This document shows, piece by piece, positions 39,353-49,494 of a stretch of DNA of 64,000 nucleotides. Position numbers and translations under genes: made by a program. The stretch is from Nitrospirota bacterium (GTDB taxonomy: Bacteria; Nitrospirota; Thermodesulfovibrionia; Thermodesulfovibrionales; UBA9159), in the NCBI GenBank assembly GCA_963699545.1, contig CAVOUE010000006.1, forward strand, positions 288,001-352,000. The letters are read 5' to 3'. Below the pieces are notes generated by a model. The model was not told the origin of the DNA, did no database searches, and saw only the letters and a list, made by a program, of their open reading frames with translations. Position 1 is the stretch's first letter. Each line of letters begins with the position of its first letter.

Positions 39353-40360
39353 ATGCCCAAGGTAATCGCAAAATTGCAGAACGGTGAAGAAATAAGGGGA
39401 AACCTCTTATCCTTTAACCCCAACCTGCAAGCATTTTACGTTCACGTTGAGAGCGCTGAGGGGAAGGCCCAGAAGATTGCCGTAACGATGGATTCCCTGA
39501 AGGCGCTCTTTTTTCTGAAGAAGGAAGCGGAAGACGATTCAATCGTCCATATGGAAACCATAGATCAGTCGGTCTTCGCGGGTACCTACGCATTCAGGCT
39601 TCACGTCGAGTTTAAGGACGGAGAGACGATTCACGGTTCAGCCCATAAATACAGCGCCAGCGACAAGGGATTTTATCTCGTGCCTCTTAATCCTGCCGAC
39701 AGGTTTGAGCGTATCTACGTCAGTGCCCTGGCCGCGAAAAGGGTGGACAGCAAAAGGCTCATGGGAAAGATCCTCATCGACCAGAAGAAGATCACAGAGC
39801 CGCAGCTCCACCACGCCTTGAAGTATCAGCAGGAAAAAAAGGAAGAAAAGATAGGTGCCATTCTTAAAGAACATAATTTCATAACCCATGAGCAGCTGGA
39901 GGAGTCACTCAGGAAGCAGACAGAGCGGGCAAAATACCTCGGAGAGATTCTTCTGGAGGCCGGATATATCACCGAAGAACAATTGCAGTGCGCCCTCAAT
40001 GCCCAGCAGGAGAACAGGAAGAAAAAACTCGGGCAGATACTCGTGGAACTCAAGTATATTGCCCCCAACGATATCTGCATTGCTCTTGCATCCCAATTCC
40101 ATCTGCCCTGGGCTGACCTGTCCTCGGGCAATATCCCGGCCGAGATAGCGAAAACGCTGCCTGAGAATGTGGTAAAGGAGCTTGAGGTCATACCTGTGGA
40201 ACGAAAAGACGATACGCTCACCGTCGCAAGTGCCGAGCCGCAGGTACCTGGTCTCATTGATCTGATCAGCAGGTGCACAGATCTCAAGATCGAACTGGCC
40301 GTGGGATACGAGGGATACATCGAAGCCGCCATCAGGCGGTTCTTCCCGAAGAAGGGCTGA
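39353..40360 (+). CDS. Protein with four MshEN-like repeats plus GspE N-domain, no ATPase
   Basis: RLMGKIL..., KIGAIL..., YLGEILLEAGYITEEQL..AL, KLGQILVE. Confidence 0.75.
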   Translation: MPKVIAKLQNGEEIRGNLLSFNPNLQAFYVHVESAEGKAQKIAVTMDSLKALFFLKKEAEDDSIVHMETIDQSVFAGTYAFRLHVEFKDGETIHGSAHKYSASDKGFYLVPLNPADRFERIYVSALAAKRVDSKRLMGKILIDQKKITEPQLHHALKYQQEKKEEKIGAILKEHNFITHEQLEESLRKQTERAKYLGEILLEAGYITEEQLQCALNAQQENRKKKLGQILVELKYIAPNDICIALASQFHLPWADLSSGNIPAEIAKTLPENVVKELEVIPVERKDDTLTVASAEPQVPGLIDLISRCTDLKIELAVGYEGYIEAAIRRFFPKKG

Positions 40361-40395
40361 CCCTGCCTGAACCACCGATCCTTATAGAGGCTCTT

Positions 40396-41016
40396 TTATG
40401 CCGGCTCCTTGAGTGTCTTGTTCTTCAGCCTCTTGACCAGATCTTCGTATGTGCCTGACCGGAGAATACTGTTGAACTGGTTCCGGTAGTTGTTCACAAG
40501 ACTCACCCCTTCGATCACCACGTCATAGACCTTCCACTGGCTGCCTTCTTTGAGGAGCCGATACTCTATCGGTATTGAGACTTCCTTCGTCGTAACGATA
40601 TTCGTTTTTACCGTGGCGTTGGTGCCTTCTGTCTTCTCTGCTCCATAGAGGACCTTTTCGTCCTCATATTTCTCAATCTTCTTTATGTATGCGTTCTCCA
40701 GAAGGTCGGAGTAGAGAGCGACGAACTCCTTCTGTTCTTCGGGCGTTCTTTTCTTCCAGTTCTGGGCAAGGGAGCGTTTCGCCATCTCCCCAAAGTCGAA
40801 CCTCTCTCCCACGACCGCGCGGATCTTTGCCCTCCGCTGTTCGGTCTTCTCGGGTCTTTTCAACTCCTTGTTCTTCAGAACGTCGATCACCGCATCCACG
40901 GTCTGCTTCACCTGGTCCGTCGGTTCTCCCGCAAGGGAATAAGACGGCAGCGCTGATGCGAGGGAAAAACAGAAAAAGAGAAGAATGCCCGCCTTGATCA
41001 TCCCTTTCATATTCAT
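40396..41016 (-). CDS. mlaC: MlaC/Ttg2D phospholipid-binding protein
   Basis: FDFGEMAKRSL, WKVYDVVIEGVSLVNNYRNQF. Confidence 0.92.
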   Translation of the reverse strand: MNMKGMIKAGILLFFCFSLASALPSYSLAGEPTDQVKQTVDAVIDVLKNKELKRPEKTEQRRAKIRAVVGERFDFGEMAKRSLAQNWKKRTPEEQKEFVALYSDLLENAYIKKIEKYEDEKVLYGAEKTEGTNATVKTNIVTTKEVSIPIEYRLLKEGSQWKVYDVVIEGVSLVNNYRNQFNSILRSGTYEDLVKRLKNKTLKEPA

Positions 41017-41024
41017 ACAGCCTC

Positions 41025-41468
41025 CTATACCTTTCCGAATACGTATTTTGATATTAGTTCTTCTATATCCACCGCTGACTCCGTTTCCCGTATTTTCCCC
41101 CCATCTGCGAGCATCTTGTCCGATCCGCCCGGCGTTATCTGGACATAATTCTCGCCGATCAGGCCCTTGGTCTTTACGGAAGCGATGGCGTCCTCCTGGA
41201 GTTTTACCCGCCTGTTGATCTGGAGCCTCACATGCGCCTGATAATCCTTGTCAAGGAGTATGCTCCTCACCCTCCCCACCTCCACCCCCGCGATCTCGAC
41301 ACTGGAACCCGGCTTGATGCTCCCGGCCTTCGCAAAGTCAGCATAGACGGTATAGTAGTCGCCTCCTATCACCTCCAGCTTCCCGAGCTTCACAGAAATA
41401 TACCCGAGACAGAGGATACCGACCACGAGGAAGAACCCAACTGCCAATTCAAGATCAAGTTTCTTCAT
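41025..41468 (-). CDS. mlaD: MlaD MCE protein
   Basis: VEIAGVEVGRV, TKGLIGENYVQITPGG. Confidence 0.93.
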   Translation of the reverse strand: MKKLDLELAVGFFLVVGILCLGYISVKLGKLEVIGGDYYTVYADFAKAGSIKPGSSVEIAGVEVGRVRSILLDKDYQAHVRLQINRRVKLQEDAIASVKTKGLIGENYVQITPGGSDKMLADGGKIRETESAVDIEELISKYVFGKV

Positions 41469-41480
41469 TGGTTGCCCTCC

Positions 41481-42236
41481 CTACATTGAGTGAGCTGTTT
41501 TAATAGGACCTTTTAGGCTCCCTGTAATAAACTGCCGTACGATCCGATCGTCGGAATGCACAATCTCTTGAGGTGTGCCCGCCACTTCTATCATCCCTTC
41601 GAAGAGAAAGGCGATCCGGTTGACAACCTCGTAGATCTCAGGGATATCGTGACTGATCATGACGCCGGTGAAGCCATATTTCTTGTGCATATCCACGATG
41701 AGTTTATGTATGGCGTGGAGCTTGATGGGGTCAAGACCTGTGGTCGGCTCGTCAAAGAGCACTATCTTCGGCTCGGTGATAAGGGCCCGGGCAAGGGCGA
41801 CCCTCTTCCTCATTCCGCCGCTGAGTTCAGCAGGATACTTCTGCTCTATTCCCAAGAGCCCTACGTCGTCCAATGCCTCTTCCACCTTTCTATGGATCTC
41901 ATCTTCAGGGAGCTTTGTTTTCTCCCTCAGAGGAAAGGCGATGTTTTCATATATCGTAAATGAATCAAAGAGGGCCCCTCCCTGGAAAACCACGCCGAAT
42001 TTTTCCCGTATACGGTCAAGCTCCCTCCTGCCGAGATCTGTAATGTCCTCGCCATCGACAATAACGTTCCCCCGATCAGGCCTCAGAAGGCCGATGAGAT
42101 GCCTGAGGAGCACACTCTTTCCCCCTCCGCTTTCGCCGATGATGGCGATGAGCTCTCCCTGGGAAATCCTTAAATTCACTCCCTTCAGGACTGCCTGCCC
42201 CTGAAAAGACTTATGGAGGTTAATAATCTCGATCAT
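41481..42236 (-). CDS. mlaF: MlaF ABC ATPase
   Basis: GESGGGKS, FQGGALFDS, LSGGMRKRVALAR, DEPTTGLDP. Confidence 0.93.
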   Translation of the reverse strand: MIEIINLHKSFQGQAVLKGVNLRISQGELIAIIGESGGGKSVLLRHLIGLLRPDRGNVIVDGEDITDLGRRELDRIREKFGVVFQGGALFDSFTIYENIAFPLREKTKLPEDEIHRKVEEALDDVGLLGIEQKYPAELSGGMRKRVALARALITEPKIVLFDEPTTGLDPIKLHAIHKLIVDMHKKYGFTGVMISHDIPEIYEVVNRIAFLFEGMIEVAGTPQEIVHSDDRIVRQFITGSLKGPIKTAHSM

Positions 42237-42256
42237 CCGGTCTCCTCCCTAAATCC

Positions 42257-43027
42257 CTATATGAACAATGTGCCGAGGAAATAGTCTGATATCAGGATCA
42301 ATATGGATGACATCACCACCGCCTCGGTGGTGGCCCTGCTCACTCCCTCTGCGCCATATCCCGTATAAAAACCTTTATAGCAGCATACCCACAGCACCAT
42401 GATCCCGAAGGCAAGAGATTTGTAGATCCCGATGGTGATATCCTTCATATCCACCCAATGCTCCATCTGGGAGAAATATGTTCCGGAACTCAGCCCGAGG
42501 AGCTTTACGCCCACAAAGTAGCCGCCGTAGATACCCACAAGGTCGTAAAGGGCGGTGAGGAGAGGGAAAACGATGAGGGCGGCGACCATCTTCGGGACGA
42601 TGAGATATCTTATGGGATTCAGGGCCATGGCCGTGAGAGCGTCGATCTGTTCAGTAATCCGCATGATCCCGATCTCGGCGGTAAGGGCGGAGCCGGCCCT
42701 CCCGGTGATGGTCAGCGCACAGAGGACAGGGCCCAGTTCCCGTATGAGGGGAAGGGCAACAGCAGGTCCAAGGAGCGCCTCGGAGCCGACCTTTCTCAGC
42801 ATATGATATCCCTGAAGAGCGAGTACCATTCCGGTGAAGGAGCCCATGAGGATAATGACGGTCATCGATTTTGTGCCGATGAACCGTATCTCCCTCAGGA
42901 GGATCCTGAACTTGAAAGGAGGGATAAAGGCATAGGAGAGGGACTGCAGGAGGAAGATGAACATATGGCCCATCTCCCTCACCAACGAAAGCACCCACGA
43001 ACCTATCGTCCTCAGAGATTTCTCCAT
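42257..43027 (-). CDS. mlaE: MlaE permease
   Basis: RELGPV, GRAGSALTAEIG.MRITEQIDAL. Confidence 0.94.
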   Translation of the reverse strand: MEKSLRTIGSWVLSLVREMGHMFIFLLQSLSYAFIPPFKFRILLREIRFIGTKSMTVIILMGSFTGMVLALQGYHMLRKVGSEALLGPAVALPLIRELGPVLCALTITGRAGSALTAEIGIMRITEQIDALTAMALNPIRYLIVPKMVAALIVFPLLTALYDLVGIYGGYFVGVKLLGLSSGTYFSQMEHWVDMKDITIGIYKSLAFGIMVLWVCCYKGFYTGYGAEGVSRATTEAVVMSSILILISDYFLGTLFI

Positions 43028-43183
43028 CGCACGCTCCCTGTCAGGCCATGACAGTTTCTATTATAAACCATTTTTCACCCCTTGCCGATAGGAAGTTTCG
43101 TTTTCCGCTTCTTTATCATCCAGGAAAGAGTGATTGCACTCCCGGGATATTCTTTCTATAATAGGCAGGTGCTTCGGTGACCT

Positions 43184-43732
43184 ATGGAATTCTACCGCGA
43201 TGAAGAAATGGGACGCGCAGAGCTGTACAAGCTCTTTTCGGCACTTTTTATGGAAGAACCTGAGGAAGGGGTCATCCTTCGGATCAGGGAGATGTTCCGG
43301 ATGAAATTCGATGATAGCCTTCAGGAGATAAGAACGGATTTTATCCGCCTTTTCCTTGGATCTGACCTTCACCTCTCCCCCCATGAATCCCTCCACAATT
43401 TTCCTTTAGGAGAGACCCCGGGGCTCTGGGGAAGGGCAACGGAAGAAGTGCAGGCGGTGTATCATTCAGCAGGCCTCATGATCGATGACGAGAGCAATCT
43501 CATCCCTGATCACCTGGGGGTGGAACTGCTCTTCATGAGCTACCTCATCGAGAAGGGGCTTGTGGGACAGCAGCAGAAGTTCATGGATGAGCACCTCCTC
43601 CGCTGGGTAGCTGAATACTGCGACGAGATGGAGAGACACGCAGCCACCACGTTCTATAAGGAGGTTGCAGTTCTCCTCAGGGAATTTGTGGCATCTGACA
43701 GCAGTGAGCTGATCGGAGGTCGTGATGCCTGA
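43184..43732 (+). CDS. TorD/DmsD family chaperone
   Basis: SPHES, PDHLGVELLFM, EHLLRW. Confidence 0.85.
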   Translation: MEFYRDEEMGRAELYKLFSALFMEEPEEGVILRIREMFRMKFDDSLQEIRTDFIRLFLGSDLHLSPHESLHNFPLGETPGLWGRATEEVQAVYHSAGLMIDDESNLIPDHLGVELLFMSYLIEKGLVGQQQKFMDEHLLRWVAEYCDEMERHAATTFYKEVAVLLREFVASDSSELIGGRDA

Positions 43733-43964
43733 AAAGGAGCCGGAGAAACCCCTGTTCAAACACCTCCTGGAGGCGAGCACAGTGGGCATCCAGCTTGTCC
43801 TCTGCACATTTGTGGGGTTTGCCATAGGATACTACCTCGACAAATTTTTCGGGACCTTCCCGTGGCTTACGGTGATATTCCTCCTTCTGGGCATCATCGC
43901 AGGATTTTATGACCTGCTGAAGGTCGCCAGGAGACAGAATGGACATGACAAAAAAGGTACTTAA
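43725..43964 (+). CDS. atpZ: AtpZ/AtpI (ATPase gene 1) family protein
   Basis: GFAIGYYLDKFFGTFPWLTVIFLLLGIIAGF. Confidence 0.85.
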   Translation: MPEKEPEKPLFKHLLEASTVGIQLVLCTFVGFAIGYYLDKFFGTFPWLTVIFLLLGIIAGFYDLLKVARRQNGHDKKGT

Positions 43965-44331
43965 ACAAACAACAATTGTGATCGTCCCCCTGGTCATCCT
44001 CTCCCTGATTGTAGACTGGAATAAAGAGAGTCTCAGGTTCCTGAGGCCTTTCGGGAACCCGGATTATGTAACCATAAGCATCGTCCTCGGAGCGGTCCTC
44101 GGCATCGCCAACCTGAGGGCGATGATCTGGAGCCTCGAAAGCATGCTCGGCACCCGGCAGGCAAGTGCCAAGCTGGTGTTCCTGAGCCTGCTCCGCCTTT
44201 TCATACTCTTCGCCATCATCATAGTCCTCGCGGCCCTGCAGCTCATCAACTTCCTCGGCCTTCTTGCAGGAATGACCGTGCCCTTTATTTTCCTTATAAA
44301 AGAGGCCCTGAAGATGGCGCAGAAAGAGTAA
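43939..44331 (+). CDS. atpI: ATP synthase I-like membrane protein
   Basis: 4 TM helices, GAVLGIAN...RLFIL, follows atpZ. Confidence 0.65.
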   Translation: MDMTKKVLKQTTIVIVPLVILSLIVDWNKESLRFLRPFGNPDYVTISIVLGAVLGIANLRAMIWSLESMLGTRQASAKLVFLSLLRLFILFAIIIVLAALQLINFLGLLAGMTVPFIFLIKEALKMAQKE

Positions 44332-44360
44332 CGCTCCTCATCCTTCGTCATAGAATTTCC

Positions 44361-44390
44361 TTGACTTACCATTTCAGGACATGCTATGAT
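44361..44390 (+). promoter_or_regulatory. sigma70 promoter of csp
   Basis: TTGACT-N18-TATGAT with extended TG. Confidence 0.6.
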
Positions 44391-44508
44391 GAGATAGAAT
44401 TTTGGAAGTTTTTGCGATCACAGGAGGCCACAAAGACTTTTGACTTTGTGGCCTCTTTTTGTTGAGGCCTTCTGAGATTTCAGTTTAAAAAAAAGGAGGT
44501 AAGAGGAA

Positions 44509-44709
44509 ATGGCACGTGGAACAGTGAAGTGGTTCAACGACAGCAAAGGTTTTGGCTTCATTACTTCTGAAGACAACACTGACGTTTTTGTTCACCATAC
44601 GTCCATTCAGGGCAACGGGTTTAAGTCCCTTGCCGAAGGTGATTCAGTCAGCTTCGATATTGAAAAAGGCCCGAAGGGTCCCAAAGCGATCAATGTCGTC
44701 AAACTCTAA
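44509..44709 (+). CDS. cspA: Cold-shock protein
   Basis: GTVKWFN, KGFGFI, DVFVHH; AGGAGG RBS. Confidence 0.95.
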   Translation: MARGTVKWFNDSKGFGFITSEDNTDVFVHHTSIQGNGFKSLAEGDSVSFDIEKGPKGPKAINVVKL

Positions 44710-44719
44710 TTAGCTGCGC

Positions 44720-44758
44720 AATGAAAAGGCCCCCTCCACCGGCGGGGGCCTTTTCATT
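44720..44758. terminator. Bidirectional terminator
   Basis: AATGAAAAGGCCCC...GGGGCCTTTTCATT between convergent genes. Confidence 0.85.
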
Positions 44759-44780
44759 TGTAACGCTCCGCATCTTCATT

Positions 44781-46124
44781 CTACCCGTCAAGCACTTCCA
44801 CCCGGTTCCTTCCCAGCGCTTTGGCCCTGTATAATGCACCATCCACCCGTCGAGTGAACCGGAAAAAATCGTCCTCATCGACGAGCTGGGTCACTCCGAA
44901 ACTGCAGGTGACCCTTCCCACACCGGTAAAGCGGTGGTTCTCTATCTTCTCCCTGAATTTTTCCGCAAGCTGCCCTCCACTCTCCAGTCTGTTGTGGCTA
45001 AGAAGGATCATGAACTCTTCTCCACCCCACCGGGCGAAATGGTCGTACCTCCGCAACTCCTTTGCCATCAGGTCAGTCATCTGCTGAAGAACGACGTCTC
45101 CCGCATGGTGGCCGAACGTGTCGTTCACCTCCTTGAAATGGTCAATATCGAACATGACAAGGGAGAGGGGAATGCTATGGCGTCTTGACCTGCTGATCTC
45201 CGCGTGAAGGATATCATCGAATTTCAGTCTGTTATACACGCCGGTAAGAGGGTCAGTGGTCGCCTGGTGTTCGAGCAGTTCGTTTGCCCTGTTCAGTGCC
45301 TCATAGGCCTGTTTGATAGGGGTCATATCGTGAAATGCCGCAACAAAACCCGCTGGCTTCCCATCGTCGATAATGGGATTGCAGACGAAGGAAACGGGAA
45401 TGAGCGTGCCGTCCTTGCCTGTCAGGAATTCCTCTGCATTGCGGCAGGCCTTGCCCGATTGGATGGCCCTCAATATCTGGTGATCAGATAAAGGAATCCC
45501 TGTCCCGTCGGCCTTCTGGAAGTGAATGATATCATGAATCCTTTTCCCTAGGAGTTCAGCATCCGTCCAGCCCAGAAGGCGTTCGGCCTCGGGATTCATA
45601 AAGACGAGACGCCCTTCTTCATTCAGTACGAACACCCCTTCGCCCAGCACCGACACGATGGTGCGTAGCCTGTTCTCACTTTCTTTCAGTGCCTCCTCGG
45701 TCTTCTTCTGCCCTGTAATGTCTTCCATTGCCAGGAGTACGAACGTTTGATCTCCGTAAACGAGAGAGTTTGCCGTGACACTGAACCAGACATCCACGAT
45801 GCGGCCATCCCTGAGCATCCGCATGTTCACCTTCTCATTAAAGACCGGCTCTCCTTGGAACGCCTTTCCCACGGCGTTCCGGATGACACAATCGCTGCAC
45901 GATGATGACCTGCCACACCCTTCCGGCGTTTCATTGGCGTAGAGGCAGTGCAGGACATCCCCTCCCCTCTTCAGGAGAACAGCCTCTTTATCAGGGCCCA
46001 CCACCATGGATGCGGCAGAGTTCAGATGCAGTACCCTCACGTCGTCATCCACGATGAACAGAAAAGAGGGGATGGCATCGATCAGGTTCTGGAGGAAGCT
46101 GCCTTTGGCAATGATTTTTCCCAT
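44781..46124 (-). CDS. PAS-PAS diguanylate cyclase
   Basis: TDPLTG, DIDHFK.VND, RxxD I-site (RRYD), GGEEF. Confidence 0.93.
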   Translation of the reverse strand: MGKIIAKGSFLQNLIDAIPSFLFIVDDDVRVLHLNSAASMVVGPDKEAVLLKRGGDVLHCLYANETPEGCGRSSSCSDCVIRNAVGKAFQGEPVFNEKVNMRMLRDGRIVDVWFSVTANSLVYGDQTFVLLAMEDITGQKKTEEALKESENRLRTIVSVLGEGVFVLNEEGRLVFMNPEAERLLGWTDAELLGKRIHDIIHFQKADGTGIPLSDHQILRAIQSGKACRNAEEFLTGKDGTLIPVSFVCNPIIDDGKPAGFVAAFHDMTPIKQAYEALNRANELLEHQATTDPLTGVYNRLKFDDILHAEISRSRRHSIPLSLVMFDIDHFKEVNDTFGHHAGDVVLQQMTDLMAKELRRYDHFARWGGEEFMILLSHNRLESGGQLAEKFREKIENHRFTGVGRVTCSFGVTQLVDEDDFFRFTRRVDGALYRAKALGRNRVEVLDG

Positions 46125-46221
46125 AATCTCTAGCCCTTCTTGATGATCGTTCCTCCTTTTTCACTCTACACGCTTTGGCCGACACTGTCAATTCGAAGAG
46201 CCCGGAAAAGAGGAAGGGGGG

Positions 46222-46255
46222 AGGGGCCTCCTTTTGGGGGGGAACGGAGGCCCCT
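46222..46255 (-). terminator. Hairpin after ftsZ
   Basis: AGGGGCCTCC...GGAGGCCCCT. Confidence 0.5.
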
Positions 46256-46267
46256 TGGCGGAGGGAA

Positions 46268-47425
46268 CTACATTTCTCGCTGCGGTATCTTTCTCATGAA
46301 CGTGGGGACATCAAGGGAATCTTCATACGGCATAAGGTCAGAAGATACGCTGTTCACCATCATTCCGGAGGCAAGGTTCTTGGAAAGAACCCGTGACGAT
46401 GCCTTCAGCGCCACAGGATCGCTCAGAGGTGTCCATTTCTTCACCTGTGGCAGATCCACCTTTTCCTTCTTTTCCTCAAAACCGGTGGCGATGACCGTAA
46501 TCCTCACTTCATCCTCTATGTCCGGGTCTATCACATTACCGATGATGATCGTCGCATTTTCATGTGCCGAGTCATAAATGATGGAGGCAGCCTCCTGCAC
46601 TTCATTCAGGGAAAGGTTGATGCCTCCCGTGATGTTAAAGAGGATGCCCCTGGCCCCATCAATGGTCGAGTCCTCGAGAAGAGGGTTCAGGATCGCTTTC
46701 TTTGCCGCTTCTGCAGCGCCTCCTTCACCCTTGCCTATGCCCGTTCCCATCACCGCTTTCCCCGTGTTCTGCATGATGGTCCTTACATCTGCAAAGTCCA
46801 CGTTGATGAGTCCGGGTTTAAGAATGATATCGGATATCCCCTGCACCGCCTGTCTCAGCACATCATTGGCAATACTGAAGCCTTTGAGCAGGGGAGTATT
46901 CTTGTCAACGACGAGGGTTATGCGGTCGTTGGGGATCACGATGAGGGTGTCCACATTGCTCCTCAGCTCCCGTATGCCCTCTTCCGCATTGATGGCCCTT
47001 ATCTTTGCCTCGTAGAAGAAAGGCTTTGTCACAATGGCGACAGTGAGGGCGCCCATTTCCTTTGCCACACTGGCAACCACCGTGGAAGCCCCTGTCCCTG
47101 TGCCCCCGCCCATACCGGCAGTGATGAAGACCATATCAGCACCTTCAATGGCCTCTGCGATGGAGGCCCTGTCTTCAAGGGCCGACTGCCTGCCCACCTG
47201 GGGATTCGAGCCAGCACCAAGTCCTTTCGTAATTGACGCCCCTATCTGGACCTTTACCGGCGCAAGGGATGTCTCGAGGACCTGGGTATCGGTATTCACA
47301 GCGATGAACTCCACCCCCTGAAGACGGGAGGCGATCATGTTGTTGATAGCGTTCCCGCCTGCCCCTCCTACCCCCACAACCCTAATCTTTGCTGACTGCC
47401 CTTTCACATCATCGATTTCAAACAT
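46268..47425 (-). CDS. ftsZ: Cell division protein FtsZ
   Basis: GVGGAGGNA, GMGGGTGTG, NVDFADV. Confidence 0.98.
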   Translation of the reverse strand: MFEIDDVKGQSAKIRVVGVGGAGGNAINNMIASRLQGVEFIAVNTDTQVLETSLAPVKVQIGASITKGLGAGSNPQVGRQSALEDRASIAEAIEGADMVFITAGMGGGTGTGASTVVASVAKEMGALTVAIVTKPFFYEAKIRAINAEEGIRELRSNVDTLIVIPNDRITLVVDKNTPLLKGFSIANDVLRQAVQGISDIILKPGLINVDFADVRTIMQNTGKAVMGTGIGKGEGGAAEAAKKAILNPLLEDSTIDGARGILFNITGGINLSLNEVQEAASIIYDSAHENATIIIGNVIDPDIEDEVRITVIATGFEEKKEKVDLPQVKKWTPLSDPVALKASSRVLSKNLASGMMVNSVSSDLMPYEDSLDVPTFMRKIPQREM

Positions 47426-47455
47426 GCCACTCCTCCTTTCCTTCCTTCATTTTGT

Positions 47456-48709
47456 CTATGTAAAGTATTCCCTGGCCCAGTATTTCATCCGCTCGAATAT
47501 GCTGACGGTCGTGAGCTGTTCCTGCGGCGTGTTGTCAGCCAGCTGTTCCCTTTGGTCCAGACCGTACTGGACAAGCCCGACACCGGTAGCGTATTCAGGA
47601 CTGTTCACGAGCCCTTCATTTATTATCTTTACGGGGACCCCTATCCTGATGGGAAGCCCGAGAATAGACCCTGCCATGGCATCAAGCCCCCCGAGCAGCG
47701 ATGTCCCGCCGGTGAGCACCACTGAGGTACGGGAAGGCGACTGTGCCGGAGCCGTTCCTTCTGAGACCGTCCCGATCTCCTTCTGCACCAACGTCATGAT
47801 CTCTTCGCACCGGGGCTGTATGATCTCGACAAGATGGCTAAGCGGCAGTTTCATCATCCTCTCATCCGCTCCCTTCACTTCCAGCTCGCCCCGTTCGTCG
47901 ATGACCCCTGTCACGGCATATCCGTACGTCTTCTTGAGACGTTCCGCCTCCTCGACAGAGATTCCGAGACCGACCGAAATGTCACTGGTGATGTGGTTTC
48001 CCCCCAGGGCAAGGACCGCGGTATGTTTCAACACGCCATCACGGTACACAGCAACATCAGTGGTGCCGCCGCCTATGTCCACGAGGGCAACCCCCCTGTC
48101 CCTCTCCTCATCCGTAAGCACCGCGTCCGCAGAGGCCAGCGGTTCAAGGACGATGTCAGCCACCCTCACCCTGGCCATCTCGCAGCACTTGACGAGATTC
48201 TGGACCGAGGTCACCGAACCCGTGACTATATGTACGATGGCCTCCAGTCTCTCGCAGGACATACCCACGGGATCCTTTACCCCGTTGTTACCGTCCAGAC
48301 GGAATCCCGCAGGTATCACATGGAGGATCTCCCTGTCTACAGGCACATACACCGCACTCGCGGAATCCATCAGCCTGTCCACGTCCTCTTCCCTGACCAT
48401 GCGGCTCTTGACGCCAATGGCACCAAAGCCGCTGAATCCCTTGATATGGCCTCCGGCAATGCCGACGACAACAGACCGTATCTTGATCCCCGCGGCCTCC
48501 TCCGCATTCCTTACCGCCCTCTTTATGGAGTCTGCCGCGAGGCCGGTGTCCACCACCATGCCTTTCCTTAAGCCATAGGAGGGGGATGATCCCACGGAGA
48601 CGATCCTTGTCCTGCCGCCTTCCCGTATACCGGACAGAGCGCATATCTTCGTGGTGCCCACGTCAAGACCGACGGAGAAATCCATCCGGCTGGAACTTCT
48701 CGCGGTCAT
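47456..48709 (-). CDS. ftsA: Cell division protein FtsA
   Basis: GLDVGTTK, DIGGGTTD, VLTGG. Confidence 0.96.
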   Translation of the reverse strand: MTARSSSRMDFSVGLDVGTTKICALSGIREGGRTRIVSVGSSPSYGLRKGMVVDTGLAADSIKRAVRNAEEAAGIKIRSVVVGIAGGHIKGFSGFGAIGVKSRMVREEDVDRLMDSASAVYVPVDREILHVIPAGFRLDGNNGVKDPVGMSCERLEAIVHIVTGSVTSVQNLVKCCEMARVRVADIVLEPLASADAVLTDEERDRGVALVDIGGGTTDVAVYRDGVLKHTAVLALGGNHITSDISVGLGISVEEAERLKKTYGYAVTGVIDERGELEVKGADERMMKLPLSHLVEIIQPRCEEIMTLVQKEIGTVSEGTAPAQSPSRTSVVLTGGTSLLGGLDAMAGSILGLPIRIGVPVKIINEGLVNSPEYATGVGLVQYGLDQREQLADNTPQEQLTTVSIFERMKYWAREYFT

Positions 48710-49494
48710 CTCACCACCTCACTGATGGGCTTCACCACTACCCTGTTCGCAAATCTGAGGTCAACGTAATCAACGGTAATGGCCCGTTTCTTTATCTCTT
48801 CCTCAAGGGCGAAGAGCCTGTTCAGTTTTTGTTCATAATCCCCATGCCCCACCTTGATGACCACATTATCAAGGACCATGGAGATAGTCTCGGGACCATT
48901 GTCAGCGATAATCTCCACACGGTTCCTTTCGGTCGCTATTTTCCTGTCCTTTATCACTTTCGCCAGGTTCAGGGCCTCCATGAGATTTTCCCGGTTCTTA
49001 AAAGGGTCGGCGTTGATGACGGGGAGAAAGGGCACCGTTCCCTTCATCTCCTCAAGCATCCTGCCCCTCTCATCAATGAGAAAAGTGCGTCCTTTCGTCT
49101 CGAGGATCGCAAAGGGAGATGTCTCACCGAGTCTTATCAGAATCCTGTGGGGGAATTCCTTTCTGACGCTCACGTCCCTGATCCAGGGAGACTGTAGAAG
49201 CCTGGTGGAAAGCCCCCTTGCAGAAAGGGTAAGGAGGTTTTCGTTCCCGTTGATCCCCGCTATGGCCTTCAACTCCCCTTCCGAAAGGTGCACGTTCCCC
49301 TGAAAGACGATCTCCTTCACCGGAAAAAGAGTGGTGCCGAGCCGGTAAAGCCGGAGGCTCAACACGACACCTCCCGCGACGGAGAGGACCAGCACACCCA
49401 CAAGGAGGGTGCGAGACCTGAACAGGTTTTTCCATGATCTCTTCCGGCCTTGAGAATATTTGCTTTTCTTTCCGGGATCGAAGGCCTTCATCAC
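48706..49494 (-). CDS. ftsQ: Cell division protein FtsQ
   Basis: TM plus POTRA, YVDLRF; position. Confidence 0.9.
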   Translation of the reverse strand: MMKAFDPGKKSKYSQGRKRSWKNLFRSRTLLVGVLVLSVAGGVVLSLRLYRLGTTLFPVKEIVFQGNVHLSEGELKAIAGINGNENLLTLSARGLSTRLLQSPWIRDVSVRKEFPHRILIRLGETSPFAILETKGRTFLIDERGRMLEEMKGTVPFLPVINADPFKNRENLMEALNLAKVIKDRKIATERNRVEIIADNGPETISMVLDNVVIKVGHGDYEQKLNRLFALEEEIKKRAITVDYVDLRFANRVVVKPISEVVR

